From positions 1 to 51,106 of the forward strand of contig JBBIUY010000020.1 of NCBI GenBank assembly GCA_037440005.1: a DNA stretch of 51,106 bases. The letters run 5' to 3'. The position numbers and the translations under genes were made by a program. Source of the stretch: Armatimonadota bacterium (lineage in GTDB: Bacteria > Sysuimicrobiota > Sysuimicrobiia > Sysuimicrobiales > Kaftiobacteriaceae). The notes beneath the pieces are model-generated. The model was given only the letters and a program-made list of their open reading frames with translations, did not search any database and had not been told where the DNA came from. Positions 9,967 to 19,120 of this stretch are shown here, piece after piece; position 1 is the stretch's first letter; the number at the start of each line of letters is the position of its first letter.

Positions 9967-11208
9967 TCACCGCTCGGGCAGGCGGCCGAAGACCAGGCAC
10001 GCGTTGATGCCGCCGAATCCGAACGAGTTGCTCAGCACGTAGTCCACCCGCACCTGTCGACCCTCGTGGGGGATGTAGTCCAGGTCGCAGTCGGGGTCGG
10101 GGGCGTCCAGGTTGAGGGTCGGGGGGAGGTAGTCGTGGCGCAGGGCCAGCAGGCAGATGGCCGCCTCGATGGCGCCGGTGGCCCCCAGGCTGTGGCCGTG
10201 CATCGCCTTGGTCCCGCTGACGGGCACCCGGTAGGCGTGCTCGCCGAAGACCATCTTGATGGCCCGGGTCTCCACCACGTCGTTGAGGGGAGTGCTGCTG
10301 GCGTGGGCGTTGATGTACCCGATCTGTCCGGGGCGCAGGCCCGCCTCCTCCAGCGCCAGGCGCATCGCCCGGGCCGCCTGGGCGCCCGACGGCAGCGGAG
10401 CGGTCATGTGGTAGGCGTCGTTGGTGGTCCCGTAGCCCAGGACTTCGCCGTAGATGCGGGCGCCCCGTCCGAGGGCGACCTCCAGGCGCTCCAGCACCAG
10501 CACCGCGGCCCCTTCGGCCATCACGAAGCCGTCCCGGTCGCGGTCGAAGGGCCGGCAGGCGCGGGGCGGGTCGTCGTTGCGGGTGGACATGGCCCCCAGC
10601 AGGTCGAAGGCGCCGAAGATCAGCGGCGCCAGGGGGCACTCGACGCCGCCGGCCAGCATCACGTCGGCCTGGCCGGTCCTGATCCACCGGAACGCCTCTC
10701 CGATGGCGATGGCGCCGCTGCTGCAGCTGTCCGAGTTGGCGCTGGTGGGGCCGGTCAGCCCCAGCTCGATGGCGATGTTGCACGACGCCGACCCGCTGAA
10801 GACCGCCAGGGCCAGGGTGGGCCGGACCCTCCGCAGGCCCTCCCGCAGGAAGACCTCGTGCTGCTCCTCGGCGAACGCCCCGCCCCCCAGGGCGGCGCCG
10901 ATGAAGCACCCGCAGCGGTCGCGGTCCAGCCGCGCCAGGTCCAGCCCCGCGTCGTCGACGGCCTGGCGGGCGGCCGCCACCGCGAACTGGGCAAACCGGT
11001 CCAGCCGCCGCGCCTTCTTGGGATCCATGTAGGCCAGCGGGTCGAAGTCGGCCACCTCGGCGGCGATCTGGCTGCGGAAGGGCGAGGGGTCGAAGCGGCG
11101 GATCCGGCTGACCGCCGACCGCGCGCGCCGCACCCCCTCGTACAGGCCGGATGCTCCCGACCCGATGGGGGTGAGGGCGCCGATCCCCGTCACCACCACC
11201 CGGTGCAT
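9967..11208 (-). CDS. beta-ketoacyl synthase (FabF / type II PKS KS-like)
   Basis: Cys-His-His triad (SDSCSSG, NAHASST, GHSLGA), DRDGFVMAEG and SNSFGFGG; GGAGGTGA RBS. Confidence 0.92.
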   Translation of the reverse strand: MHRVVVTGIGALTPIGSGASGLYEGVRRARSAVSRIRRFDPSPFRSQIAAEVADFDPLAYMDPKKARRLDRFAQFAVAAARQAVDDAGLDLARLDRDRCGCFIGAALGGGAFAEEQHEVFLREGLRRVRPTLALAVFSGSASCNIAIELGLTGPTSANSDSCSSGAIAIGEAFRWIRTGQADVMLAGGVECPLAPLIFGAFDLLGAMSTRNDDPPRACRPFDRDRDGFVMAEGAAVLVLERLEVALGRGARIYGEVLGYGTTNDAYHMTAPLPSGAQAARAMRLALEEAGLRPGQIGYINAHASSTPLNDVVETRAIKMVFGEHAYRVPVSGTKAMHGHSLGATGAIEAAICLLALRHDYLPPTLNLDAPDPDCDLDYIPHEGRQVRVDYVLSNSFGFGGINACLVFGRLPER

Positions 11209-11212
11209 CGCC

Positions 11213-11650
11213 TCACCTCCCGGCGGCGGCCGCCACGGCCCGCAGGGTCCGCCGGGCGATCCAGTCGATGAACACCGGCCCCACCACCAGGGCGGCGGCC
11301 AGGCGGCCCACCAGCGGCCAGCGCAGGACCAGGTCGTGGGTCAGAGTGACGTGCGTCCCCTCGGGGTGCGGCCGCAGCGCCCACACCACCTCCATGCCGG
11401 TGGTGATCCCCGCCACGTGCACGAACCGCAGCCACCGGCCGTCGCGGTCCCAGGTGAGGACGGCCGTCCACCGGGCCGGCCACCCCCGGATCCGCCCGGC
11501 CATCTCACACCGCAGGGACTGCCCGCCTCGCTCCAGCACCCGGCACCACCGGTAGGCGGGATCCAGCCGCGGCCAGCCTTCGACGTCGCGGACCAGGTCG
11601 AAGACCGCCTCCGGAGCGGACGCGATCACCGCCTCATGGACGGTCCGCAT
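11213..11650 (-). CDS. SRPBCC/START-fold polyketide cyclase/dehydrase family protein
   Basis: IASAPEAVFDLVRDVEGWP N-terminal signature, GMEVVW and THVTLTHD; 145 aa. Confidence 0.85.
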   Translation of the reverse strand: MRTVHEAVIASAPEAVFDLVRDVEGWPRLDPAYRWCRVLERGGQSLRCEMAGRIRGWPARWTAVLTWDRDGRWLRFVHVAGITTGMEVVWALRPHPEGTHVTLTHDLVLRWPLVGRLAAALVVGPVFIDWIARRTLRAVAAAAGR

Positions 11651-12818
11651 GGCCTGGCCACAGGAGCCGGCCCCAGAAACCGGGGGAGAGGACGGCCGCG
11701 GGGGGCAGCACGTCGCCGACAGCGCCCAGCAGCCGGGCCGCCAGGTCGGGGCGGGCGGCCAGACGCCCGACCAGCACCGGACCCCACCGGCCCACCGCCA
11801 GGCGGCTCACCGTCCGAAGGACACAGCGTCTGGCGGCGAAGGCGCCGGCGCGCGCCAGCGCGTACCGCACCAGCGGGAGCGGGGAGACATCCGGGGACTC
11901 CAGAGCTCGGTGCGCCGCCTCGGCGGCCAGGACCGCCGAGTACAGGGCGAAGGAGATGCCCTGGCCGGTCAGCGGCTCCACCTGGGCGGCGGCGTCTCCG
12001 GCCAGCAGCACGCGGGACGCGACCGGGGTCCGGGCGTGCATTCCCACCGGGCCGGCGCAGCGGTAAGGGCTGTCGCGCCGGGCGCGGGCCAGCAGGTCCG
12101 CCAGGACGGGCAGGGAGGACAGGGCGCTGGCAAACGCCGATCCGGGACCGCCGCGTCCCCACCGTCGGCGGGGCAGGGCCATGCACACGTTGGCGACGCC
12201 CCCGCCGAAGTGGGCCACGCCGCAGTACAGGTCGGGGCCCAGGTGCAGCTGCCCCGCGGGGGCGCGCAGGGGAAGCCCCGAGAAGTAGGCGCCCACGGTG
12301 TAGCGGCCGCCGCGCAGCGGGGTCGTCCGGACGTAGCGCCGCGCCACCGTCGAGCGGGCTCCGTCCGCGGCGACGACCAAGCGGGCGCGCCACAGCGAGC
12401 GCCCCGCGCGGACCTCCACCCCGCCGTCCCGCACCCGCACCTCCTCCACCGTGCGCCCCTCTTCCACCAGCGCGCCCTCGGCGGCCGCGCACCTCACCAG
12501 GGCGGCGTCCAGCGCCCGCCGCGGCAGCAGCAGCCCGCACCCACTGGGAAACGCCGCGCGCAGGCAGGTGCCGTCCTGAGCGTAGACCGTCATCTCGCCG
12601 ACGGCGGCGGCCCCGGCCCGCCGGACCGCGTCCAGCCACCCCACCCGGTCCAGCAGGCGGACCGCCCCGGGGTTGCAGTAGTCCCCGCAGGGCTTGTCCC
12701 GGGGAAAGCGCGCCCGATCCACCAGCAGCACGCGCCGGCCCCGGCGGGCCAGCAGCCCGGCGGCCGTGCTGCCCGCCGGTCCCGCCCCCACCACGATCAC
12801 GTCCGCGTCCACCGTCAC
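11634..12818 (-). CDS. FAD-dependent oxidoreductase (geranylgeranyl reductase/FixC-like)
   Basis: GAGPAG, FPRDKPCG, ADGARS and GDAA...PLTGQGI. Confidence 0.88.
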   Translation of the reverse strand: MTVDADVIVVGAGPAGSTAAGLLARRGRRVLLVDRARFPRDKPCGDYCNPGAVRLLDRVGWLDAVRRAGAAAVGEMTVYAQDGTCLRAAFPSGCGLLLPRRALDAALVRCAAAEGALVEEGRTVEEVRVRDGGVEVRAGRSLWRARLVVAADGARSTVARRYVRTTPLRGGRYTVGAYFSGLPLRAPAGQLHLGPDLYCGVAHFGGGVANVCMALPRRRWGRGGPGSAFASALSSLPVLADLLARARRDSPYRCAGPVGMHARTPVASRVLLAGDAAAQVEPLTGQGISFALYSAVLAAEAAHRALESPDVSPLPLVRYALARAGAFAARRCVLRTVSRLAVGRWGPVLVGRLAARPDLAARLLGAVGDVLPPAAVLSPGFWGRLLWPGHADRP

Positions 12819-13573
12819 GGTGAGTCTCCCGGGCCCGGCGAGGCCCGGTTGGGGCTGCCGGGCGCGGTCCGTGCCGGACGGCGCACCAGCGCCACCCGGA
12901 ACAGCGGGTGGGTGCGGACCTCCACGCCCTCCAGCGCCGCCGCCCGGACCATCGCCCGGAACTCGTCCAGGGTGAACGAACGCAACACCGACAGCGGGCC
13001 GTCATGCCGAGCGAGGCGGTTGCGCCCCAGCAGGCGGGTGTCCAGCCAGGCGCCCGCGTAGGCGCCCCAGCACCGCAGGACGTCGTGGACCAGGATGCCC
13101 CCACCGGCCACCCGGGCGATCTCCCGAAGGACGGCGACGCCGTCGTCAAATGACAGGTGGTGCAGGGCCAGGCCGCACAGGACCACGTCGAAGGCGCGGT
13201 CCGCAAACGGCAGCGCCCGCGCGTCCCCGCGCACCAGGCGGACCTCCGGGGTGGCGGCTACCGTCCGGCGGGCGTGGTCCAGGATGTCGGCGCTGAGGTC
13301 CACGGCCACCACCTGCGCGGCCACCCGGCGCCGGCGCGCCCACAGCGCCACGGTTCGGGGGACGTCGGCGCCGGCCGTGGCCACGTCGAGGACCCGCAGG
13401 GGCCTGCGGGGGAGGTCGGGCAGGAACTCCCGCAGGTAGCCGAGGACCAGGCGGTATCCTCCGTACCACCGGTTCGTCCGCCGGATCGCGGCCAGCAGTC
13501 CGGCCAGTTCCGTGGGATCCTGCCCGGAGGTGTCCAGGAACTCCTGCGCGGCGCGGTAGGGCGGCGCCCCCAT
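12815..13573 (-). CDS. class I SAM-dependent methyltransferase
   Basis: VLDVATAGAD, VDLS, DARALPFADRAFDVV, LHHL and HDGPLSVLRSFT. ATG at 13573 follows GGAG. Confidence 0.85.
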   Translation of the reverse strand: MGAPPYRAAQEFLDTSGQDPTELAGLLAAIRRTNRWYGGYRLVLGYLREFLPDLPRRPLRVLDVATAGADVPRTVALWARRRRVAAQVVAVDLSADILDHARRTVAATPEVRLVRGDARALPFADRAFDVVLCGLALHHLSFDDGVAVLREIARVAGGGILVHDVLRCWGAYAGAWLDTRLLGRNRLARHDGPLSVLRSFTLDEFRAMVRAAALEGVEVRTHPLFRVALVRRPARTAPGSPNRASPGPGDSP

Positions 13574-13699
13574 GACGGCACTCCGCCGGTGCGGTGGACC
13601 CTGCTGGACCTCATCGTAACCGACGGTGTGCAACGAAAGAGTAACGGGCGAAGGGGACGAGGGCACAGACGCGGGAGGAGACGGAGACCGTCTCGTCGG

Positions 13700-15118
13700 C
13701 TACGGCTGCGCCTGCGGGTTGTGGTCTTTTCTCAGCACGAGCAGCGCCGAAGCCACGGGACGCTCCACCCCGTCGGAGGGGTCGTTGACCACCCGTCCCC
13801 CGACCACCATGGTGGCGGAGCCGCCTCCGTCCAGGTTCATGGCGTCCCGGGCACCCAGCCGCACCATCAGCGCCGCCAGTTCCAGCAGCGTCATGCCGGT
13901 GTCGCGTCGCCCCCGGCCGTCCACCGTCACCAGGAGCAGCTTGCCCGCCGGCGTGATCCCCACCGCGGTGCGGGGCGCGCGGCAGTGGATCAGGGCGGGC
14001 GAGAACCGCTCCCACATGTAGGGCACCGACACCTGGCCGTCCTTGACCAGCCGGGGTCCGCCTCCCAGCGCCGCCACCACGTCCAGGTCCGGCGACACCG
14101 CCAGGTCCAGGATCACCCGCTGCCCCGGCCGCAGGTGCTGGAGCAGGGGCGCGTCCAGGGCGTTGACCACCAGCACGTACCCGTCCCGGGGGATCAGGAC
14201 CCGGCCCGAGGGCAGGCGTTCCACGATGTCGTGGCGGACGACGGCGGCCAGTCCGGCCGGCGGCGTCAGCGGCCCGTAGTGGGGGGTGTAGACGGCGATA
14301 CCTCCGCCCTGAGGAGGGCGGTTGACGTCGGTGACCGGCATGGTCAGGTCGGGCCGCGCCACCAGCCGGCCGCGGAACCCGAAGTCCCGGATGACCGGCA
14401 CTCCCCGGGCCGGAAGGGCCAGGACCGACCGCCGGGGCAGCGGCGCGCTGACCAGCTGGCCGTCCACCGCCACCATCCCCAGCGGCACTCCCGGCCCCGC
14501 GAAATACCCTCCGTTGACCGCGGCCAGGGCCCGGTGGCGGGTGGCGATGACGCTGGTGGTCTCCCGCCCGGAGACCATGTCGGCGGCCAGGACGGGACGG
14601 ATCTCGAGGGTGGGATCGTGGGGATTTACCCGGAGGACGTGGGCCGTGACGACGCCCGATCCGGTGCGCACCCGCAGGGCCTGGTGGGCCACGCTGGGGG
14701 GGAGGGGGACCGTGGCCATCCAGGGCGGGATCACCACCACGGCCAGGGTGGGAGGGTCGTCGATCAGGAAGGTCCGGTACCGGGCCGGGCGGTGGAGGTG
14801 GATGCGCACCCGCGCCAGCTCGGGCGTCATCTGGTCCACCTGCACCTGCCGGACGTACGGGTGCGAGGGGACCGGAATAGTGTGGGGGGTGTAGCGGGCC
14901 TGCCAGAGGTCCACGGTGATGCTGGTGCGCGTGCCCAGCACGCGGTACGCCACGGGCCCGGCCAGGCGGATCAGCACGCGCCCCAGGGGGCCGTCGGACT
15001 GCCAGGCGACGAGGGCCGGGCGGGCCACCCGCAGGTCGGCGGCGACCGCTGGAGGGGCTGCGCTCAGCGCGGCGGTCAGGAGCAGGAGCCCCAGGGTTCT
15101 CGCGGCCGGCGGCGCCAT
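13700..15118 (-). CDS. exported phosphodiester glycosidase family protein (NAGPA/DUF2233) with an AMIN-like N-terminal region
   Basis: Signal peptide, AVNGGYF, GGGPRLV, PRTAVG, VTVDGR and AMNLDGGGS. Confidence 0.85.
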   Translation of the reverse strand: MAPPAARTLGLLLLTAALSAAPPAVAADLRVARPALVAWQSDGPLGRVLIRLAGPVAYRVLGTRTSITVDLWQARYTPHTIPVPSHPYVRQVQVDQMTPELARVRIHLHRPARYRTFLIDDPPTLAVVVIPPWMATVPLPPSVAHQALRVRTGSGVVTAHVLRVNPHDPTLEIRPVLAADMVSGRETTSVIATRHRALAAVNGGYFAGPGVPLGMVAVDGQLVSAPLPRRSVLALPARGVPVIRDFGFRGRLVARPDLTMPVTDVNRPPQGGGIAVYTPHYGPLTPPAGLAAVVRHDIVERLPSGRVLIPRDGYVLVVNALDAPLLQHLRPGQRVILDLAVSPDLDVVAALGGGPRLVKDGQVSVPYMWERFSPALIHCRAPRTAVGITPAGKLLLVTVDGRGRRDTGMTLLELAALMVRLGARDAMNLDGGGSATMVVGGRVVNDPSDGVERPVASALLVLRKDHNPQAQP

Positions 15119-15163
15119 CGTCCTGCCCAGACTATGCCCCCGGGCCGAGCGGGCCAGTCCCAC

Positions 15164-15196
15164 AAAAAAAGCGCCCCGGCCCACCGGCCAGGACGC
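15164..15196 (-). terminator. intrinsic terminator
   Basis: Minus-strand GCGUCCUGGCC-GGUG-GGCCGGGGCGC (11 bp with two G-U pairs that form only on this strand) followed by U7. Confidence 0.85.
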
Positions 15197-15219
15197 CCCG
15201 GACGGGGAGGCTCCCCGCC

Positions 15220-15264
15220 CTACACTGCCGCTCCTCTCAGGTGGGCCGGGGTGTGTCTACGCAT
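15220..15264 (-). CDS. 14-aa small ORF MRRHTPAHLRGAAV (leader peptide or stand-alone micropeptide)
   Basis: AGAAAGGAGGTGA Shine-Dalgarno 8 nt before ATG, TAG stop. Lies between a strong promoter and a terminator. Confidence 0.6.
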   Translation of the reverse strand: MRRHTPAHLRGAAV

Positions 15265-15336
15265 CGTCGGCCTCACCTCCTTTCTGGTCAGCCACCGGAC
15301 GGGAGGTGTCCGCCTCCCGGAGCCTGCAACGCCGCG

Positions 15337-15365
15337 AGCATAGCACCGGGCCGGCCGTCCGTCAA
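15337..15365 (-). promoter_or_regulatory. sigma70-type promoter
   Basis: TTGACG (15365-15360), 17-bp spacer and TGcTATGCT (-10 at 15342-15337). Confidence 0.75.
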
Positions 15366-15449
15366 CGCCGGCGGGGGCGGCGGTGCCTGCAGGGGAATCC
15401 TCCCGGACGCACCGAACTGCCCTTCCAGACCCTCCGGGAGGTGACGGTG

Positions 15450-15734
15450 GTGGCCGTGCTGCCCGAGGACGAAATCCGGCGCAGGCTCGCGGACCTGCCG
15501 GGGTGGGAGCTCACGCCTGCGGGGATCCGCAAGACCTACCGGCGGGCGGACTTCCGGGACGCCATCCGGCTGGTGAACGCGGTGGCGGACCTGGCGGAGC
15601 GGGCCGACCACCACCCCGACATTCTGGTGGCCGGCTACAACCGGGTGACGTTCACCCTGATGACCCACAGCGAGCGGGGCGTGACCGAGAAGGACCTGGC
15701 CCTGGCCGCGCAGATCGAGCAGGTGGCGCGGTGA
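15450..15734 (+). CDS. pterin-4a-carbinolamine dehydratase
   Basis: AERADHHPDI, THS and GVTEKDLALA; GGGAGGTGA RBS. Confidence 0.9.
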   Translation: MAVLPEDEIRRRLADLPGWELTPAGIRKTYRRADFRDAIRLVNAVADLAERADHHPDILVAGYNRVTFTLMTHSERGVTEKDLALAAQIEQVAR

Positions 15735-15746
15735 CCCTGCGGCGCG

Positions 15747-16073
15747 TCAGACCGGGAAGCCCATGCTCTGCAGGGCCAGGCGGCCTTCCTCGGTGAGCCG
15801 GTCGGGCGTCCAGGGAGGCATCCACACGAAGTCCACGGTGACCCGCTCGGCGCCGACGGCCTGCAGCTTGTTCTCGATCTCGGCGGCGATGTGGGGGCCG
15901 ATGGGGCAGCCCACCGCGGTCAGGGTCATGCGGATGGCCACGTCGGAGCCGGTGACCTGCAGGTCGTAGATCAGCCCCAGGTCCCAGATGTTCACCGGGA
16001 TCTCGGGGTCGTAGATGGTCCGCAGGACCTGGATCACCTGCTCGCGGGTCAGGGTGTCGGCGGGGTCGGTCAT
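15747..16073 (-). CDS. metal-sulfur cluster assembly factor (DUF59/SufT-like)
   Basis: DPEIPVNIWDLGLIY, MTLTAVGCP and PPWTPDRL. TGcTACAAT lies 9 nt upstream, suggesting a near-leaderless mRNA. Confidence 0.9.
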   Translation of the reverse strand: MTDPADTLTREQVIQVLRTIYDPEIPVNIWDLGLIYDLQVTGSDVAIRMTLTAVGCPIGPHIAAEIENKLQAVGAERVTVDFVWMPPWTPDRLTEEGRLALQSMGFPV

Positions 16074-16134
16074 CGCAGGGGTATTGTAGCAACCCCGCGC
16101 GATGGGGGTCAAACGTCGGGGCGGAGGTGACACG

Positions 16135-18816
16135 GTGCGGGTGCGGGTGGGGCTGATCGCGGCCCTGGTGGTCCTGGTGGTGGTGGCGCCCGCCCTGGCC
16201 CGGTGGTACACGGACTGGCTATGGTTCGGCGAGGTGGGATACCGGCGGGTCTTCTGGGTACCGCTGCTGTCCCGGCTGGCCGTGACCGCCGCCTTCGGCG
16301 GGGCGCTGGGGGTCCTGCTGTGGGTGAACCTGCGGCCGTTTCTCGCGTGGGCCGCCGGTCCCGAGGACGTCATCGACCTGGAGCTGGACCGCCGGGGCCG
16401 GGGAGTGTACCGGCGCGTCCGGCGCCGCCGGCCCGGCCGTCTGGCCGCCGCCGCCGTGGCCGCGGTGGCCGCCCTGTCCGGGTGGGCGGTGTCCGCCCGC
16501 TGGCCGATGTTCGTGCAGTTCGCCCACGCCCGCCCCTTCGGGACCGCCGACCCCATCTTCGGCCGCGACGTCGGCTTCTTCGTGTTCCGCCTGCCGGTCT
16601 ACCAGTTCGTGGAAGGATGGCTGTTCGGGTGGCTGGCGCTGATCGCGGCCGGGGTCGCGGTGGGCTACTACCTGGTCCACACCCCGTCCATGCTGCGGGG
16701 GATCTGGAGCCTGCCGCCGGCGGCGCGGGTGCACCTCAGCCTGCTGGCCGGAGCTCTGCTGCTGGTGCGGGGGTGGGGGTTCTGGCTGGACGGCTTCGGC
16801 CTGCTGCTGTCCCCCCACGGGGCCATCTACGGCGCCAGCTACACCGACGTGCACGCCACGCTGCCGGCCCTGCGGCTGCTGGCGGCGCTGGCGGTCCTGG
16901 GGGCGGCGCTGATGGCGGCCAACGTGGTGCTGCGCACCCTGCGGCTGGCCGCGGGGGTGGTGGTAGCCCTGGCCCTGGCGTGGGTGGTGGGGGTGGGCCT
17001 GTACCCGCGCCTGGTGCAGCAGCTGCGGGTAGCTCCCAACGAGCTGACGGTGGAGACGCCCTACATCCGCCACGGCATCGCGGCCACCCTGCGGGCGTTC
17101 GGGCTGGACCGGGTCCGGGAGCGGGAGTTCGTCCCGGAGGACCTGACCTCCGACGCCGTGGCCCGCAACCGGGAGACCCTCGACAACGTGCGGCTGTGGG
17201 ACTACCGGCCCCTGCTGGCCGCGTTCCGGCAGCTGCAGGCCCTGCGGCCGTATTACGTCTTCGCCGACGTGGACATCGACCGCTACCGCATCGCCGGCCA
17301 GCAGCGCCAGGTGATGCTGGCGGCCCGGGAGCTGGACATCGCCCTGCTGCCGGCCCCCGCCCGCACCTGGGTCAACCAGCACCTGGTCTACACCCACGGC
17401 TACGGGGTGGTCATGAGTCCGGTGAACCGGGTCTCCGAGGAGGGGATGCCCGAGTTCTTCCTTAAGGACATCCCTCCCGTCGGCGTGCCCGAGCTGCGGC
17501 TGGACCGCCCCCAGATCTACTTCGGCGAGCGCACCGCCGGGTACGTGGTGGTCCAGACCCGGGTCCAGGAACTGGACTACCCCCGGGGGGACGAGAACGT
17601 CCACACCACCTACCGGGGACGCGGCGGCATCCCCCTGACGCCCCTGCGCCGGCTGGCCTTCGCCTACCGCTTCGGCGACCTGCGCCTGGCCCTGTCGTCG
17701 GACATCTCGTCCCGCAGCCGCCTGCTGTTCGCCCGGACCGTCGCCGAGCGGGTCCGCCGCATCGCGCCGTTTCTGACCTACGACCGCGACCCCTACCTGG
17801 TGGTCGCCGGCGGCCGGCTGGTGTGGATTCTGGACGCGTACACCACCTCCGACCGCTACCCGTACTCCACGCCCCACCAGGGGATCAACTACATCCGCAA
17901 CTCGGTGAAGGTGGTGGTGGACGCCTACGACGGCACGGTGGACTTCTACCTGGTGGACCCCGCCGACCCGGTGGGCGCCACCTTCGCCGCCGTCTTCCCG
18001 GGCCTGTTCAGGCCCGCGTCGGCCATGCCGGCGGAGGTGGCCGCCCACCTGCGCTACCCGGTGGACCTGTTCGAGATCCAATCTCGCGTGTACGCCACCT
18101 TCCACATGCGCGACCCCCGGGTCTTCTACAACCGGGAGGACGTGTGGGCGGTGCCCACCGAGCTGTTCGGGGACGACACGGTGCCCGTGGAGCCCTACTA
18201 CGTGACCCTGCGGCTGGAGGACAGCCCGGGGCCCGAGTTCGTCCTGATCCTGCCCCTGACGCCGGCCGGCCGGGACAACATGATCGCGTGGATGGCCGCG
18301 CGCAACGACCCGCCGGCGTACGGCCAGCTGGTGGTCTACCGGTTCCCCAAGGACCGGCTGGCCTTCGGGCCCATGCAGGTGGAGTCCCGCATCAACCAGG
18401 ACCCGGTCATCTCCCAGCAGCTGACCCTGTGGAACCAGGAAGGATCGCGGGTGATCCGGGGCAACCTGCTCGTAATCCCCGTTGAGAACGCCCTGCTGTA
18501 CGTGGAGCCGCTGTTCTTACAGGCCACCCGGAGCCAGCTGCCCGAACTGAAGCGGGTGATCGTCGCCAGCGGGCCACGGATCGCCATGGAGGAGACCCTG
18601 GAGGCGGCCCTCAGCCGCCTGCTGGCTGGCCGGCCCTCCCCGCCGCCGGCCTCCCCCACTCCGGGGCTGCCCGCCGGGGCGGCCGAACTCATCCGGGAGG
18701 CGGCGGCCACCTACCGCCGGGCCCGCGGCCTCCTCCAGCAGGGCGACCTGGCCGGCTACGCCCGGGAGATCGACCGGCTGGGCGAGATCCTGCGCCGGCT
18801 GGAGGAGCTGCGGTGA
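16135..18816 (+). CDS. UPF0182 family membrane protein
   Basis: YTDWLWF, DPIFGRDVGFFVFRLP, NVRLWD, HLVYTHGYG, NYIRNSVK and LLYVEP. Confidence 0.92.
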   Translation: MRVRVGLIAALVVLVVVAPALARWYTDWLWFGEVGYRRVFWVPLLSRLAVTAAFGGALGVLLWVNLRPFLAWAAGPEDVIDLELDRRGRGVYRRVRRRRPGRLAAAAVAAVAALSGWAVSARWPMFVQFAHARPFGTADPIFGRDVGFFVFRLPVYQFVEGWLFGWLALIAAGVAVGYYLVHTPSMLRGIWSLPPAARVHLSLLAGALLLVRGWGFWLDGFGLLLSPHGAIYGASYTDVHATLPALRLLAALAVLGAALMAANVVLRTLRLAAGVVVALALAWVVGVGLYPRLVQQLRVAPNELTVETPYIRHGIAATLRAFGLDRVREREFVPEDLTSDAVARNRETLDNVRLWDYRPLLAAFRQLQALRPYYVFADVDIDRYRIAGQQRQVMLAARELDIALLPAPARTWVNQHLVYTHGYGVVMSPVNRVSEEGMPEFFLKDIPPVGVPELRLDRPQIYFGERTAGYVVVQTRVQELDYPRGDENVHTTYRGRGGIPLTPLRRLAFAYRFGDLRLALSSDISSRSRLLFARTVAERVRRIAPFLTYDRDPYLVVAGGRLVWILDAYTTSDRYPYSTPHQGINYIRNSVKVVVDAYDGTVDFYLVDPADPVGATFAAVFPGLFRPASAMPAEVAAHLRYPVDLFEIQSRVYATFHMRDPRVFYNREDVWAVPTELFGDDTVPVEPYYVTLRLEDSPGPEFVLILPLTPAGRDNMIAWMAARNDPPAYGQLVVYRFPKDRLAFGPMQVESRINQDPVISQQLTLWNQEGSRVIRGNLLVIPVENALLYVEPLFLQATRSQLPELKRVIVASGPRIAMEETLEAALSRLLAGRPSPPPASPTPGLPAGAAELIREAAATYRRARGLLQQGDLAGYAREIDRLGEILRRLEELR

Positions 18817-18828
18817 GGCGGCCCGGGC

Positions 18829-18975
18829 CTACGTGCGCTCGGGCGGCGGCGCCTGCTCGCGGGGGAGCTCGTCGGGTGCGGTCCGGCGCCGCAGGTCGCG
18901 CAGATTCCTGTCCACCGCGTCCTCGGGCTGCCAGGATCCCACCCACAGTTCCATCGGATCGCGCCGGCGGTCCAT
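18829..18975 (-). CDS. hypothetical 48-aa protein
   Basis: AAGGAGG RBS before ATG (MDRRRDPMELWVGSWQPEDAVDRNLRDLRRR...). It fits the intergenic space without overlap. Confidence 0.5.
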   Translation of the reverse strand: MDRRRDPMELWVGSWQPEDAVDRNLRDLRRRTAPDELPREQAPPPERT

Positions 18976-19016
18976 CCGTTCCTCCTTCCGGGCTCCAGGC
19001 CGCTGCAAGGCGGCCA

Positions 19017-19049
19017 AAACACAAACGCCCCCGCGATCTGCGGGGGCGT
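19017..19049 (-). terminator. intrinsic terminator downstream of the GNAT-OSBS/NSAR operon
   Basis: 10-bp perfect stem ACGCCCCCGC/GCGGGGGCGT, then TTGTGTTTT on the minus strand. Confidence 0.75.
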
Positions 19050-19120
19050 CGCGGCCCCACCGGTTCGTGTCGGCCTTACCATACCACACCGACGCCGCCC
19101 TGGGGAGAGGGCATCGCCGG

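Noticed and set aside
15270..15286. CCTCACCTCCTTTCT resembles the 3' end of 16S rRNA
   Set aside because: There is no other rRNA sequence around it. It is better explained as the minus-strand Shine-Dalgarno of the 14-aa ORF.
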